Shown: piece after piece, positions 12,900 to 24,540 of the stretch
Layout: every line of letters begins with the position of its first letter
Numbering within the stretch: the first letter of the stretch is position 1
Assembly: GCA_035221665.1 (NCBI GenBank)
Contig: CM069138.1
Location: 868,001 to 932,000, forward strand
Length of the DNA stretch: 64,000 bases
Origin: Okamejei kenojei
Lineage: Eukaryota
Direction: 5' to 3'
The notes under the pieces: generated by a model
Databases searched by the model: none
What the model was told of the DNA's origin: nothing
What the model saw: only the letters and a program-made list of their open reading frames with translations
Program-made: the position numbers and the translations under genes

Positions 12900-13763
12900 G
12901 CGTGTCCAAAGCTTGTCATAGTGTGAACAGGTTTATTGTAGAACTTTGAAAAAGTTTCTTCTTTACTCCACCCTGCGACTTTTAAAATATGCTCGAGAGG
13001 TACGTCCCGCCCCTTCGCCGCGGACGTAGCTGCCGCCCTGGTGGAGTGAGATTTGAACACATCAGTGTCTACTCCCGCTAAAAACCAACACCTGTTTCAA
13101 CCATTTTGAGATAGTTTGAACTGAAGCTTTTGTGTGTGGTTTTTTGTGCGTAACCATTAACGTTTTTTCATTTCCTCGAAGGGTGTCAGTAACTTTAATA
13201 TATTGGTTCAAATGTTTAACCACACACAAAGTAGGATCAATATGATAAGCTTGAAAGGTTACCTTTGTTCCAGATCTCCCTGGTCTGCTTTGTTTGATCA
13301 GATCGTAAACATAGAACACAACATTATCTGTAGTCACATGCATACAGTCTAAACGCAACATTTGTAAAGTTTGCACTCTTTGAGCTGAGACCAGTGACAT
13401 TAACATAATTAATTTCAATGTCAATCTTTCCAATGTCAACCCTTCAATTGGAGTCCATTGTCTAAGTAGCGTAAGTACCATGCTCACATCCCAAATCTCT
13501 GTGTATCTTGGTTTGGGTGGATTAATATTAAAGATTCCTTTCATGAATCTAGATATTAATGGATGCGACCCAATTGATCTCTGATCAGTCATAAGTCCTA
13601 AATAGGACGACAAGGCACTGCGTGCAGTGTTAATGGCACTGTAACTTAAATGTTGCTCAAAATGCAAATTGGCAAGGAATTCCAAAACATTTGCAATATT
13701 TACAGTATCATAAGAAATATTTGATTGTGTGCAAAAGTCTTCCCATTTCTTAATATGTGTCAT
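12900..13763 (-). pseudogene. DIRS tyrosine recombinase (frameshift near 13080)
   Basis: AQRVQTL (catalytic R), KQSRPG, then in a shifted frame FKSHSTRAAATS...AGWSKEETFSKFY. Confidence 0.88.
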
Positions 13764-13851
13764 ATATATTGCTTTTGTGTGCTATCTCGCCATGATGCGA
13801 CTATAACTTCCATAGTTTTGTCCGACAATCCCAGCTCCTGTAGTGGTCTGG

Positions 13852-15745
13852 TCAAAACCTGCAGATTAATAAATTCATATATGCATACAATGGGTAAATT
13901 TCTTTAGTTACCGGATTAGTCAAGATATCACTACAGTTAGGAATCGACATATATGGTTCTTTAATCATATTCAGCATTATTGGGAACCAAGGTTGAGTTG
14001 GCCAATTTGGAACTACCAACAATCCAGAAGCAGAATCTTGTTCTATCTTCTTCAGGCATCTCTGAATCAAAGCAAATGGTGGAAAAAGCATAAAAGAACA
14101 TCTTTCCCAGTGTAATGAAAAAGCATCTACTGCTACTGCATCTGGATCGTGTTCCCAAGACACATAAGTAGGCAATTGATGATTAAGCCTAGATGCAAAC
14201 AAATCAATTTCTGGCAACCCAAATCGGTTCACAATATTCTTAAATATTGCTGGCTTAAGCATCCATTCCGTATTATCTTTAAAAATCCTGGACCTTTCAT
14301 CTGCTACCACATTGTCCTTACCTGGAATGTAGCTTGCTGAAATCCATATTTGGCGACCAATACACCATTGCCATATCTCATTGACCAGACAATCACATGA
14401 TACTGATCTAACTCCCCCCATGTGATTAATGTATTCAACAGCCGTTTTATTGTCTAACTGTATTAACACATGTAGACCTTGTCTAGCACAACAATATGCT
14501 TTAAGTCCATAAAAAGCACCCAATAACTCCAAATAGTTAATACCATAAGCTTGAAGAAACACTTCTTCTTGAGCTTTCCATCTACCTCCACAACTGGAGG
14601 ACGAATCTGTAGCCCCCCATCCGAGAGCACTAGCATCCGTTTGTAAAACCATTTCAGGCTGTTTAATCATGATATTCTTAGCAGCTTGTGGGACATTTTC
14701 AACCCACCATTGTAATTCCAACACGGCTTCTTTTGTTAATTGCATAGGCCTGTCAAAGTGACCTGCCTTCTCTTTAAGAGCCCTTATTTTGTCCCTTTGA
14801 AGATTTTGATAATGTAATGGACCAAATTCCACTGCCGGAAATGCTGCTACCAGTTTACCAATGGTTTTCGCCACTTCTCGGATGGAGGGATAAGGTTTGT
14901 GAATGAGGTAATTACAAGTCATCAAAATGTCATTGGCCTTCTCTGTTGGCAAAGTAACTAACATAGTCACTGAGTTAATTACAAACCCCAAAAAGTTAAT
15001 TGTTTGTGCTGGCTGCAGCTGGGACTTAATTGGATGAATCAAGAACCCTAGCTTTTCAAACAAAGCTTTAGTAACTGAAACTGAGTGCTCAGCTGACTCT
15101 TGAGTATCATTAATGATCAGAATATCATCCAGATAAGCCATAACAATGTGTTTCTGTGCTCTTAATTGGGCTAAAACTGGTTTCAACAGTTTTGTAAAGA
15201 GTCTAGGAGCCGAACTCAATCCATTTGGTAAAGCTTTAAACTGCCATAATTGTCCCAGCCAATTAAATTTTAAGTACCTCCTGAAGGATTGATGAATTGC
15301 TACAGAATAATAGGCATCCTTCAAATCAATCTTAGCCATATAACACCCTGCTGAGATAAGATATTTTGCAGTACTGAATGTCTCCATCTTAAAATGTTTT
15401 GTATTCTACAAACTTATTTAGATCTGTAAGGTCCAGAATAATTCTGCAACCACCATCTTTTTTATCTCTTCGAAATATATTAGAGACAAATTGATGCTTA
15501 TGTTCATAAGTCTTTTCAATTACGCCTTTTCCAGATAATTTGTCAATTTCCACATTAATCTCCATTCTTTCCTCTGCAGAAAACACATAAGCATAAGCAG
15601 GTTTATTCTGTACAGGAGGATTAACCCCTTCTTTAAAAATAATAATGGCTCCCGAAACTGCTTGTAATACATATCGATCAGAAGTAATGTTAAGCCAGGC
15701 ATTATAAAATTTTTGCAATCTCCCTCCAACTGGAGAGTCATCCAC
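13852..15745 (-). pseudogene. DIRS RT / RNase H / methyltransferase-like polyprotein (frameshift near 15388)
   Basis: RIILDL, KIDLKDAYY, LPNGLSSAP, YLDD, TDAS, DNKTAV, NVVAD, EIDLFASRLN. Confidence 0.92.
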
Positions 15746-15768
15746 AGTTTCTTTAAGGATATAAGTCT

Positions 15769-16984
15769 TTAATACCTCTCCGTATGAGCGTGGTGGTCTC
15801 CTTCTTCCGAATACAGGGAAGCACTCGCCTGCACAGCACGATAGTATTTTCGTGACAAATTTCTGCCTCTATAACGAAAATCGAAACCCCTTCGGGTCGA
15901 AAAAACCCTTCTTTGTCCAAAGACAAAAGGTTTAACATTGCTAAAATATTTAGCTTCTTCATCCAACTCTTTCAGCTGTTTCGGCAGATTTTCTCCAAAC
16001 AAATACCCAGGAGCTTGAACACCACTTTCTTGACACAGGCTTGCAAACCTAGGGTGAAATATGGGCCGAATCGCCATTTTCCTCATACAATTAATTTCAT
16101 AGAACGAATTACACAATAAGCCCAAAGTATCCTTTGGAATCTTTTCCATTTCCAGATTCTCCATTTGCCTGCCATAGGCCGTAATGGCAGCAGAAATTAA
16201 TTTGAGCACCTTTTGAAACTTCACTTCTTGGGCTCTCATACTTGGAGTCATAGACGTCCATATCATCGGATTCACCGTAGGCACTTCCAATGAGGCACAA
16301 TTTCTTGGAGCTTTATATAATTCTGATGTTTCATTCATCACAGAATTGTGAAGTTGGTGAGATACCATATAATTTATGTTTGCAGCTAGGTTTTCTTCCA
16401 TAGCCTCACCACTTCCTTCAGGTATAGCAAAATCTTGTGCTATCCCAGGCACATTAGGCCTTTTCTTTTTACTTTGTGGTGTGCTTTCAAAAGCCATATA
16501 ACCACCAGCAGGGTCTGCCTTCTGCAGCCCTAAATCAATTGGGATATCACCCCATGAGACTTTTTCCAGCCCAAATCCTGGGTCCGGAGTATCATATTCC
16601 CAACTTGGCCCACAGCCATATTCATCATATTCAAACCCCTCAGGGATTTTTTGGGATTCATCTGGGTACTGTGACCCTTGTCTCATAATTGTTTGGAGAA
16701 CTTTCTCCATATGCTCCATTTTTAGCCACATAGTTTTATTGTCTGGAGGTCTTTCAGTATCAGAGTCATCAGAAACCACGGGCCTCTCAGATTTCTTTTT
16801 GCATTTTTTAGGAACATTTTCCTCCGTGGTTATTATTTCTGGAGAATCTGGAAACTCACTATCGGGTAAATCGGCGGCCAACGGTATCGGAACCGGGTCC
16901 GCACTAACTTCGCGTCCCGTATTTTTACTTTCACCCCGGGAAGATCTTTTTACCCGCGAAAACTTCTTTCCCCGATTTCTCCAT
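15769..16984 (-). pseudogene. DIRS gag-like ORF1
   Basis: 370-aa ORF 15769-16881 upstream of RT (PRNC..LEVP.VNP.IW, YLFGENL); the candidate ATG at 16984 is out of frame by one base. Confidence 0.8.
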
Positions 16985-17339
16985 TTTTCTTTAATAATCA
17001 GTGCTCAATCAGCACGTTAACGTGGCTCTAAATTTTACTTTTGGTTTCGTTTGCTGGAGCCACCCAGCGTAACCTAAAAAACGCCCCGATCTAGCTGCAC
17101 TTACCTGCGGGCCGTTCCGACCGCTGCGAGGAGCTGCTCCTTACTGCAGCTCCTCCTTCCGCCGTCAGCGTTGACGTCATGCCGTTGCCAGCGTGAGGCG
17201 GGTTCTTCACGTAGTCACTCACGTGACTCCGAAGTAAAATTGGAATTGCTCATAAACTATCGTCGATTAATAATGACACCCAATATTTTGACCAAAAAAA
17301 AAAATCACGTTTTCTGATTAAAAGTAGCCGTCCACTCAC

Positions 17340-17374
17340 TTGGACTTTCCGAGATGCTGCTAAATTCTTTGCTT
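17340..17374 (-). pseudogene. IGHM: 3' stub of IgM CH1 exon
   Basis: AGC AAA GAA TTT AGC AGC ATC TCG GAA AGT CCA A|gtgagt (SKEFSSISESP, phase-1 donor). Removing the DIRS leaves a 120-nt intron to the CH2 acceptor. The 5' side is cut off by a CR1 tail. Confidence 0.7.
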
Positions 17375-20300
17375 ATAACCATGTAACCATATAACAATTA
17401 CAGCACGGAAACAGGCCCTCTCGGCCCTTCCAGTCCGTGCCGACCATTTGTTTTCCCCTAGTCCCATCTACCTGCACTCAGACCATACCCCTATATTCCC
17501 TTCCCGTCCATATACCTATCCACTTTACTCTTAAATGTTAAAATCGATCCTGCCTCCACCACATCTGCTGGAAGCTCATTCCACACAGCCACCACCCTCT
17601 GAGTAAAGAAGTTCCCCCTCACGTTACCCCTAAACTTCTGTCCCTTAATTCTCATGTCATGCCCTATTGTTTGAATCCTCCCTACCCTCAATGGGAAAAG
17701 CTTATCCACGTCAACTCTGTCTATCCCTTTCATCATTTTAAAGAGCTCAATCAAGTCCCCCCTTAACCTTCTGCGCTCCAAAGAATAAATACCTAACTTG
17801 TTCAACCTTTCTCTGTAACATAGTTGCTGAAACCCAGGCAACATTCTAGTAAATCTCCTCTGTACTCTCTCTATTTTGTTGACATCCTTCCTATAATTAG
17901 GCGACCGAAATTGTACACCATTCTCCAGAATTGGTCTTACCAATGCCTTGTACAATTTTAACATTACTTCCCTATTCCTATATTCAATGCTCTGATTTAT
18001 AAAGGCCAGCACACCAAAGGCTTTCTTTACCACCCCATCTACATGCAATTCCACCTTCAGGGAACTATGCACAGTTATTCCTGGATCTCTCTGTTCCACA
18101 GCATTCCTCAATTCCCTACCATTTACCATGTACGTCCTATTTTGATTTGTCCTGCCAAGATGTAGCACTTCACACTTATCAGCATTAAACTCCATCTGCC
18201 ATCTTTCAGCCCACTTTTCCATATGGCCCAAATCTCTCTGTAGACTTTGAAAATCTACTTCATTATCCACAACACCACCTATCTTAGTATCATCTGCATA
18301 CTTACTTATCCAATTTTCTACCCCATCATCCGGATCATTGATGTACATGACAAACAACAGTGGACCCAACACAGATCCCTGAGGCACCCCACTGGTCACC
18401 GGCTTCCGTATCCATATAGACAACATCCACTGCTTTACCCTCATCAATTTCCCTAGTAACCGCTTCAAAAAATTTTTGTCAAGAAGGTTTGTCAAACATG
18501 ACCTTCCAGGCACAAATCCATGTTGACTGTTCCTGATCAGACCCTGTTTATCCAGATGCTTATATATATTATCTCTAAGTATCCTTTCCATTAATTTGCC
18601 CACCACTGACGTCAAACTAACAGGTCCATAATTGCTAGGTTTATTCTTTGAACCCTTTTTAAACAATGGAACAATATGTGCAGTACGCCAATCCTCTGGC
18701 ACTATTCCCGTTTCTAATGACATTTGAAATATTTCTGTCATAGCTCCTGCTATTTCTACACTAACTTCCCTCAATGTCCTAGGGAATATCCTGTCAGGAC
18801 CTGGAGAGTTATCCACTTTACTATTTTTCAGAAGTGTCAGTACTTCCTCCTCTTTGAATCTCATAGTCTCCATAGCTACTCTACTTTTTTCCCTTACCTC
18901 ACATAGTTCAATATCCTTCTCCTTGGTGAATACCGAAGAAAAGAAATTGTTCAATATCTCCCCAATCTCTTTTGGCTCTGCAGATAGCTGTCCATTCTGT
19001 CTCTCTAATGGTCCAATTTTATCCCTCGTTATCCTTTTGCTATTAATATAGCTGTAGAAATCCTTTGGATTTACTTTCACCTTTCTTGCCAAAGCAACCT
19101 CATATCTTCTTTTAGCCTTCTTAATTTCTTTCTTAAGATTCTTTTTACATTATTTATACTCCTCTAGCACCTCATTTACTCCATGCCTCTTATAATTATC
19201 GTAGATATCTCTCCTTTTTTCGAAACAAGTGTCCAATATCTCTTGAAAACCATGGCTCTTTCCAATTTTTACTATTTCCTTTCACCCTAACAGGGACATA
19301 AAGATTCTGTACTCTTACAATTTCCCCTTTAAATGTCCTCCATTTCTCTTCTACATCCTTCCCATAAAACAGAGTGTCCCAATTCACTCCTTTTAAATCC
19401 TTACGCATTCCCTCAAAGTTAGCCTTTCTCCAATCAAAAATCTCCACCCTAGGTCCAGTTCTGACTCTCTCCATAATTATATTGAAACTAATGGTATTGT
19501 GATCACTGGTCCCGAAGTGCTCACCAACGCATACCTCCGTCACCTCACCTGCCTCATTTCCTAACAAGAGGTCCGGCACTGCCCCTTCTCTGGTCAATAC
19601 CTCTATGTACTGCTGCCAAAAACTATCCTGCACACATTTTACAAACTCCAAACCATCCAGCCCATTTACAGAATGTGTTTCCCAGTCTATTTGTGGAAAA
19701 TTGAAATCTCCCACAATCACTACCTTGTGCTTACTACTAATATCTGCTATCTCCTTACATATTTGCTCTTCCAATTCTCGCTCCCTATTTGGCGGTCTAT
19801 AATAAACCCCTAAAAGTGTTGCTACACCGTTCCCACTTCTCAGTTCCACCCAAATAGCCTCCCTAGACGAGCCCTCTAATCTATCCTGCCAAAGCACTGC
19901 CGTAATATCCTCTCTGACAAGCAATGCAACACCTCCACCTCTGGTCCCTCCAATTCTATCACACCTGAAGCAACGAAATTCTGGAATATTTAGTTTCCAA
20001 TCACAGCCCTCCTGCAACCATGTTTCACTGATTGCCACAACATCATATTTCCAGGTGTCAATCCAGGCTCTAAGTTCATCCACCTTTCTTACAATGGTCC
20101 TAGCATTAAAATATACACATTTTATAAACCCACCATCCGTTATTCTCTGACCGTTTTCCTCTTGCTCCCCTACATTTTGGGTCCGAGTGCTTCCCTTCTC
20201 TGCCTCTTGCCCCACACCCTGTCCCCTAGCCCCCTCTACCCGAGTCCCTCCCCCCAGCCTTTCTAGTTTAAAGTCTCCCCAGTAGCCTTTACAAATCTCC

Positions 20301-20680
20301 CTGCCGAAGGGTCTCGACGCGAAACGTCGCCTATCTCCTTCGCTCCTTAGATGCTGCTGCACCCGCTGAGTTTCTCCAGCTTTTTGTGTAACCCTCGATT
20401 CTCCAGCATCTGTAGTTCCTTCTTTAACACTTTGTCTACTCCCTGCCAGGATATTGGCCCCCCTCGGATTCAAGTGCAACCCGTCCTTTTTGTACAGATC
20501 ATGCCTTCCCCAAAAGAGGTCCCAGTGATCAAGAAACTTGAATCCACTCCACCAGTCCCTCAGCCACGCATTTATCCTCCACCTCATTCCATTCCTACTC
20601 TCACTGTCACGCGGCACAGGCAGTAATCCTGAAATCGTTACCCTTTTGGTCCTTCTCTTTAACTTTCCCCCCAACTCCCT
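17375..20680 (-). mobile_element. CR1 LINE (ORF1 esterase end, APE endonuclease, RT, 3' tail), internally deleted
   Basis: DGLHLN SGNH-esterase motif; YFNAR...ISETW...YRPP...GDFN...SDH (APE); PGPD, QHGF, GVPQGSVLGP, YADD (RT); ATGGTT-type tail. Confidence 0.95.
20306..20438 (+). mobile_element. Short Penelope terminal-repeat insertion with 9-bp TSD
   Basis: CTCCCTGCC duplicated at 20297-20305 and 20439-20447; the insert matches the PLE terminal repeat at about 43550-43646. Confidence 0.8.
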
Positions 20681-20754
20681 AAATTATTGAGGTTTAAAAA
20701 TCTTTAAAACCGTGCGTGCGCAGTTTCCTTCAGTCGGATCCACGCAGATTGATC

Positions 20755-21002
20755 TCTTCACACAGAGAGTGGTGAATCTGTGGAATTCTCTACCACAGAA
20801 GGTAGTTTAGGCCAGTTCATTGACTATATTTAAGAGGGAGTTTGATGTGGTCCTTGTGGCTACAGGGATCAGGGGGTATGGAGAGAAGGCAGGTACGGGA
20901 TACTGAGTTGGATGATCAGCCTTGATCATATTGAATGGCAGTGCGGGCTCGAAGGGCTGAATGGCCAACTCCTGCACCTATTTTCTATGTTTCTATGTTT
21001 CT
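20755..21002 (+). mobile_element. CR1 3' end fragment
   Basis: Matches the 3' ends of other copies; ends in (tttctatg)n. Confidence 0.88.
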
Positions 21003-21370
21003 CCTGTCAGTCAATGCCACGGTCAGGATAGCAATGTCCCTTCCTGCCCCACCAGCGGCATCTTGTCCCGCCTCACTCACAAACCAGTGAGTAGTGGAGA
21101 ATAGAGGGATAGGAGGGGGTATGGAGCGGAGGGAGGGAGGGAGTAACTGAGGGTCGTGGAAAGGAGAGGGAGGGAGAGTGAGGGAGGGATTGGGGGAGGG
21201 GAGGAGGACATGGGAAAGAAGAGGGAGGATGGAGAGGAGGGGGAAGGAGCACGGGGGGGTGAGGGAAAATGAGCTGCGCCTGCGTAGTTGGGGGCTATAC
21301 GTGAGTGGTGCAATATTACATTGGGGGATCGGGTGAGTGGTGGAATATTACATTGGGCAACCGGTTGGGT

Positions 21371-22490
21371 GTAAATGGCGGAGTAGCAAGATGGATTCAA
21401 CAGTGGCTGAATGGGAGATGTCAGAGAGTAATGGCGGATGGCTGTTTGTCAGGTTGGAAGCCGGTGACCAGTGGGGTGCCTCAGGGATCTGTGTTGGGTC
21501 CACTGTTGTTTGTCATGTACATCAATGATCTGGATGATGGGGTGGAAAATTGGATAAGTAAGTATGCAGATGATACTAAGATAGATGGTGTTGTGGATAA
21601 TGAAGTAGATTTTCAAAGTCTACAGAGAGATTTGGGCCACTTGGAAAAGTGGGCTGAAAGATGGCAGATGGAGTTTAATGCTGTTAAGTGTGAAGTGCTA
21701 CATCTTGGCAGGACAAATCAAAATAGGACGTACATGGTAAATGGTAGGGAATTGAGGAATGCTGTGGAACAGAGGGATCTAGGAATAACTGTGCATAGTT
21801 CCCTGAAGGTGGAATCGCATGTAGATAGGGTGGTAAAGAAAAGTCTTTGGTGTGCTGGCCTTTATAAATCAGAGCATTGAATATAGGAGTAGGGAAGTAA
21901 TGTTAAAATTGTACAAGGCATTGGTAAGACCAATTCTAGAGTATGGTGTACAATTTTGGTCGCCTAATTATAGGAAGGATGTCAACAAAATAGAGAGTAC
22001 AGAGGAGATTTACTAGAATGTTGCCAGGTTTCCAGCAACTATGTTACAGAGAAAGGTTGAACAAGTTAGGTCTTTATTCTTTGGAGCACAGAGGGTTAAG
22101 GGGGGACTTGATTGAGGTCTTTAAAATGATGAAAGGGATAGACAGAGTTGACGTGGATAAGCTTTTCCCATTGAGGGTAGGGAAGATTCAAACAAGAGGG
22201 CATGACATGAGAATTAAGGGACAGAAGTTTAGGGGTAACGTGAGGGGGAACTTCTTTACGCAGAGGGTGGTGGCTGTGTGGACTGAGCTTCCAGCAGAAG
22301 TGGTGGAGGCAGGATCGATTTTAACATTTAAAAGTAAAGTGGATAGGTATATGGACGTGAAGGGAATGGAGGGGTATGGTCTGGATGCAGGTAGATGGGA
22401 CTAGGGGAAAACAAATGGTCAGCACGGACTGGAAGGGCCGAGAGGGCCTGTTTCCGTGCTGTAATTGTTATATGGTTGTTATATGGTTAT
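21371..22490 (+). mobile_element. CR1 LINE 3' fragment, same subfamily as 17375-20680 and inverted relative to it
   Basis: ORFs 21305-21880 and 22018-22404 are near-identical to the C-terminal half of ORF 17491-19092. Confidence 0.93.
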
Positions 22491-23099
22491 AAGGCTCGGT
22501 GTTGGGGCCGCAACTGTTTACCATATACTGTATATTAATGATTTTGAAGAGGTAATTAGGAGCAAAACTAGTGCATACATACCTACATGTTTCAATTCAG
22601 CCAATAAGTTGGTCAAATAACATGTGTACCTTCTTTCTTTTTTTATAGACTTGGATTTTTAAAATGTGAATGTCTCATAACGACACATTTGTGGGTCAGC
22701 AGTACTTTGCACCAACCCCCACAATTTAAAATAATTCTAAATTGAACTTCAGAAACAAGGAAAACACTTTTTATCTACATCATTTTGTGCGCGAAATATA
22801 CAGGGTTGCAATGCTTTGCATATCAGCTAATCAATAAAAGTGATGTCAAATTCAACATATTTCAAACAAAGGACAAAATTTCCAACTTATATACATTAAC
22901 TTGACTAAGTGGGACCCGTTGTGTGCCAGCATCATACGGGAGGGCTGGTCACCCAATGCAATATTCCACCTCTCCACCTATTCCAATATTGCTGGCCAGT
23001 GGGGGGGGCTTTCTGTTGTGCTAGTATGGGTTTTGACTTGTGTGCCGAAGGGACTGGTTTCCAGAGGGCTAGTATGGACATTGTGGTTCGAATGGATTC

Positions 23100-23385
23100 T
23101 AGGGCTGGCAGCTCAGTCACTGAGGCCAGGCAACTCAGTCACTGAGGCCTGGCAGTACAATCACACTTACCTGGCAGCTGAGAAACTGCCAGATATTCTG
23201 CACAAGACAGGTGACAGACTCTGTGTGAGAGAGAAGGGGGAGAGGGTGGACTGAATGGATTATTGGCCTGGCAGTTTAGTCACTTGTGGCTGTTGGGCTG
23301 GCAGTTCAGTCACTTACTGCTGGTGGGCTGGCAGTTCACTTACTCACGGTTCGTGGGCTGGCAGTGCAGTCACTGACGGCTGGAA
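23100..23385. repeat. Degenerate minisatellite (gggctggcagttcagtcact-like units)
   Basis: About 8 visible imperfect units. Confidence 0.7.
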
Positions 23386-23881
23386 CCGATATTGCACCAA
23401 CCCACTCAATTTTAAATAAATCATAATAGAGATCTATTAACATGGTTAACACTTTATTTCGGAAATGCACGGTAAGATTTACATAATTCACATTATTCTG
23501 TGCGCGAGATATACAAGGTTGCAGTGTTCAGCATATCAGCTAACCAGTGAAAGTGATGTACAATTCAACGTATGTAACACAATGATAGCCCCACCCCTTC
23601 TTACACCCTGGAGCAAAATGTCCAATATAGATACAATAATAAATAAATCGCCATTAGCATTGTTTTGTGCAGTTAACAAATCACAATTTCATACAATGTG
23701 CATGAGACGGCAGTTATTTGACAAATACTGCGTAGTTCGGTGTAGATCGTGTCCACTGGCGACATCTGAAATTACAGAAAATATCATGCAGTCAATATGT
23801 TCTTATTCTGCATTAAATAACAGAGAGGTAGAAAGAAAATGCTCTTGAGGAGAAGATTTTTACAAGGATGTTGCCATGAGG

Positions 23882-24502
23882 CAGGCACATGCCGTCAGGG
23901 TAGGCAAGGTAGGCACTGCCTACCCTGACTAAATTTATAACATGGTAATAACTAAATATAAATAGTAAAGGCATGGGAGAATTATGCCTATGAAAGAGAC
24001 CGATCTCTTAGGTAGGCATAATTCTCCGTGTCTTTCACCCGCAACGCTTGTAACACGGGAAGCTCTGTGCAGCCCACGTGCCGTCAGCGCTGCCTGAAGC
24101 CGTCAATGATAATCGGGGCTGAAGGCAGCTGAAACTCTGCCTTTGCAGCACTGCGCATGTGCATCGGTCTACTGCGCATGTGCAGAGCAAGTATCTTGGC
24201 GGGGTTTTCAAATATGGTTTGTCAATATTTTAAGTGTATGTTAGGAAACAAAGAGAGAAGAATGGAGCTTGTGTACCAATAATGTGGTAAGTACATTTTG
24301 TGTTTATGTTTTTAAATACTGTATTTCCCGGGGTGTGTGGGGGGGGGGGAGAGCTCCTTTCACAGTGTTTGGGGAGTCTGGCCTGGGGTAAGGTTGCGGG
24401 GAGGGCACGAATGTTATGAAGAAGGGGATCGGGATAATGCCACTTGCGAAGCTCCTTGCACGGAATGGAATGGAGGAACGTGGAATGCCACCGCATTGAG
24501 GC

Positions 24503-24540
<38 letters not shown>

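Larger units (their letters stand above)
12302..17240 (-). mobile_element. Full-length DIRS1-type tyrosine-recombinase retrotransposon
   Basis: gag, RT-RNaseH-MT and YR ORFs; inverted terminal repeats (about 12375-12409 vs 17179-17213); internal complementary region 12531-12642; 3-bp ATT shared at both ends. Confidence 0.95.
2198..17374 (-). pseudogene. IGHM: IgM heavy-chain constant-region pseudogene (CH1 stub-CH2-CH3-CH4/Sec-TM1-TM2)
   Basis: Collinear Ig C1-set exons, a chondrichthyan mu-type secretory tail [20 protein letters not shown] and a TM segment ending KVK; multiple disabling lesions (see findings). Confidence 0.92.

Noticed and set aside
19196-20674. Apparent esterase-endonuclease fusion protein (492 aa)
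   Set aside because: CR1 ORF1 and ORF2 appear joined by chance through a Penelope-derived insert with its own TSD.
20683-23060. Possible Helitron-like non-autonomous fragments (20683-21370 and 22898-23060)
   Set aside because: The terminal hairpin and CTAG are degenerate, so the class cannot be supported from this window alone.
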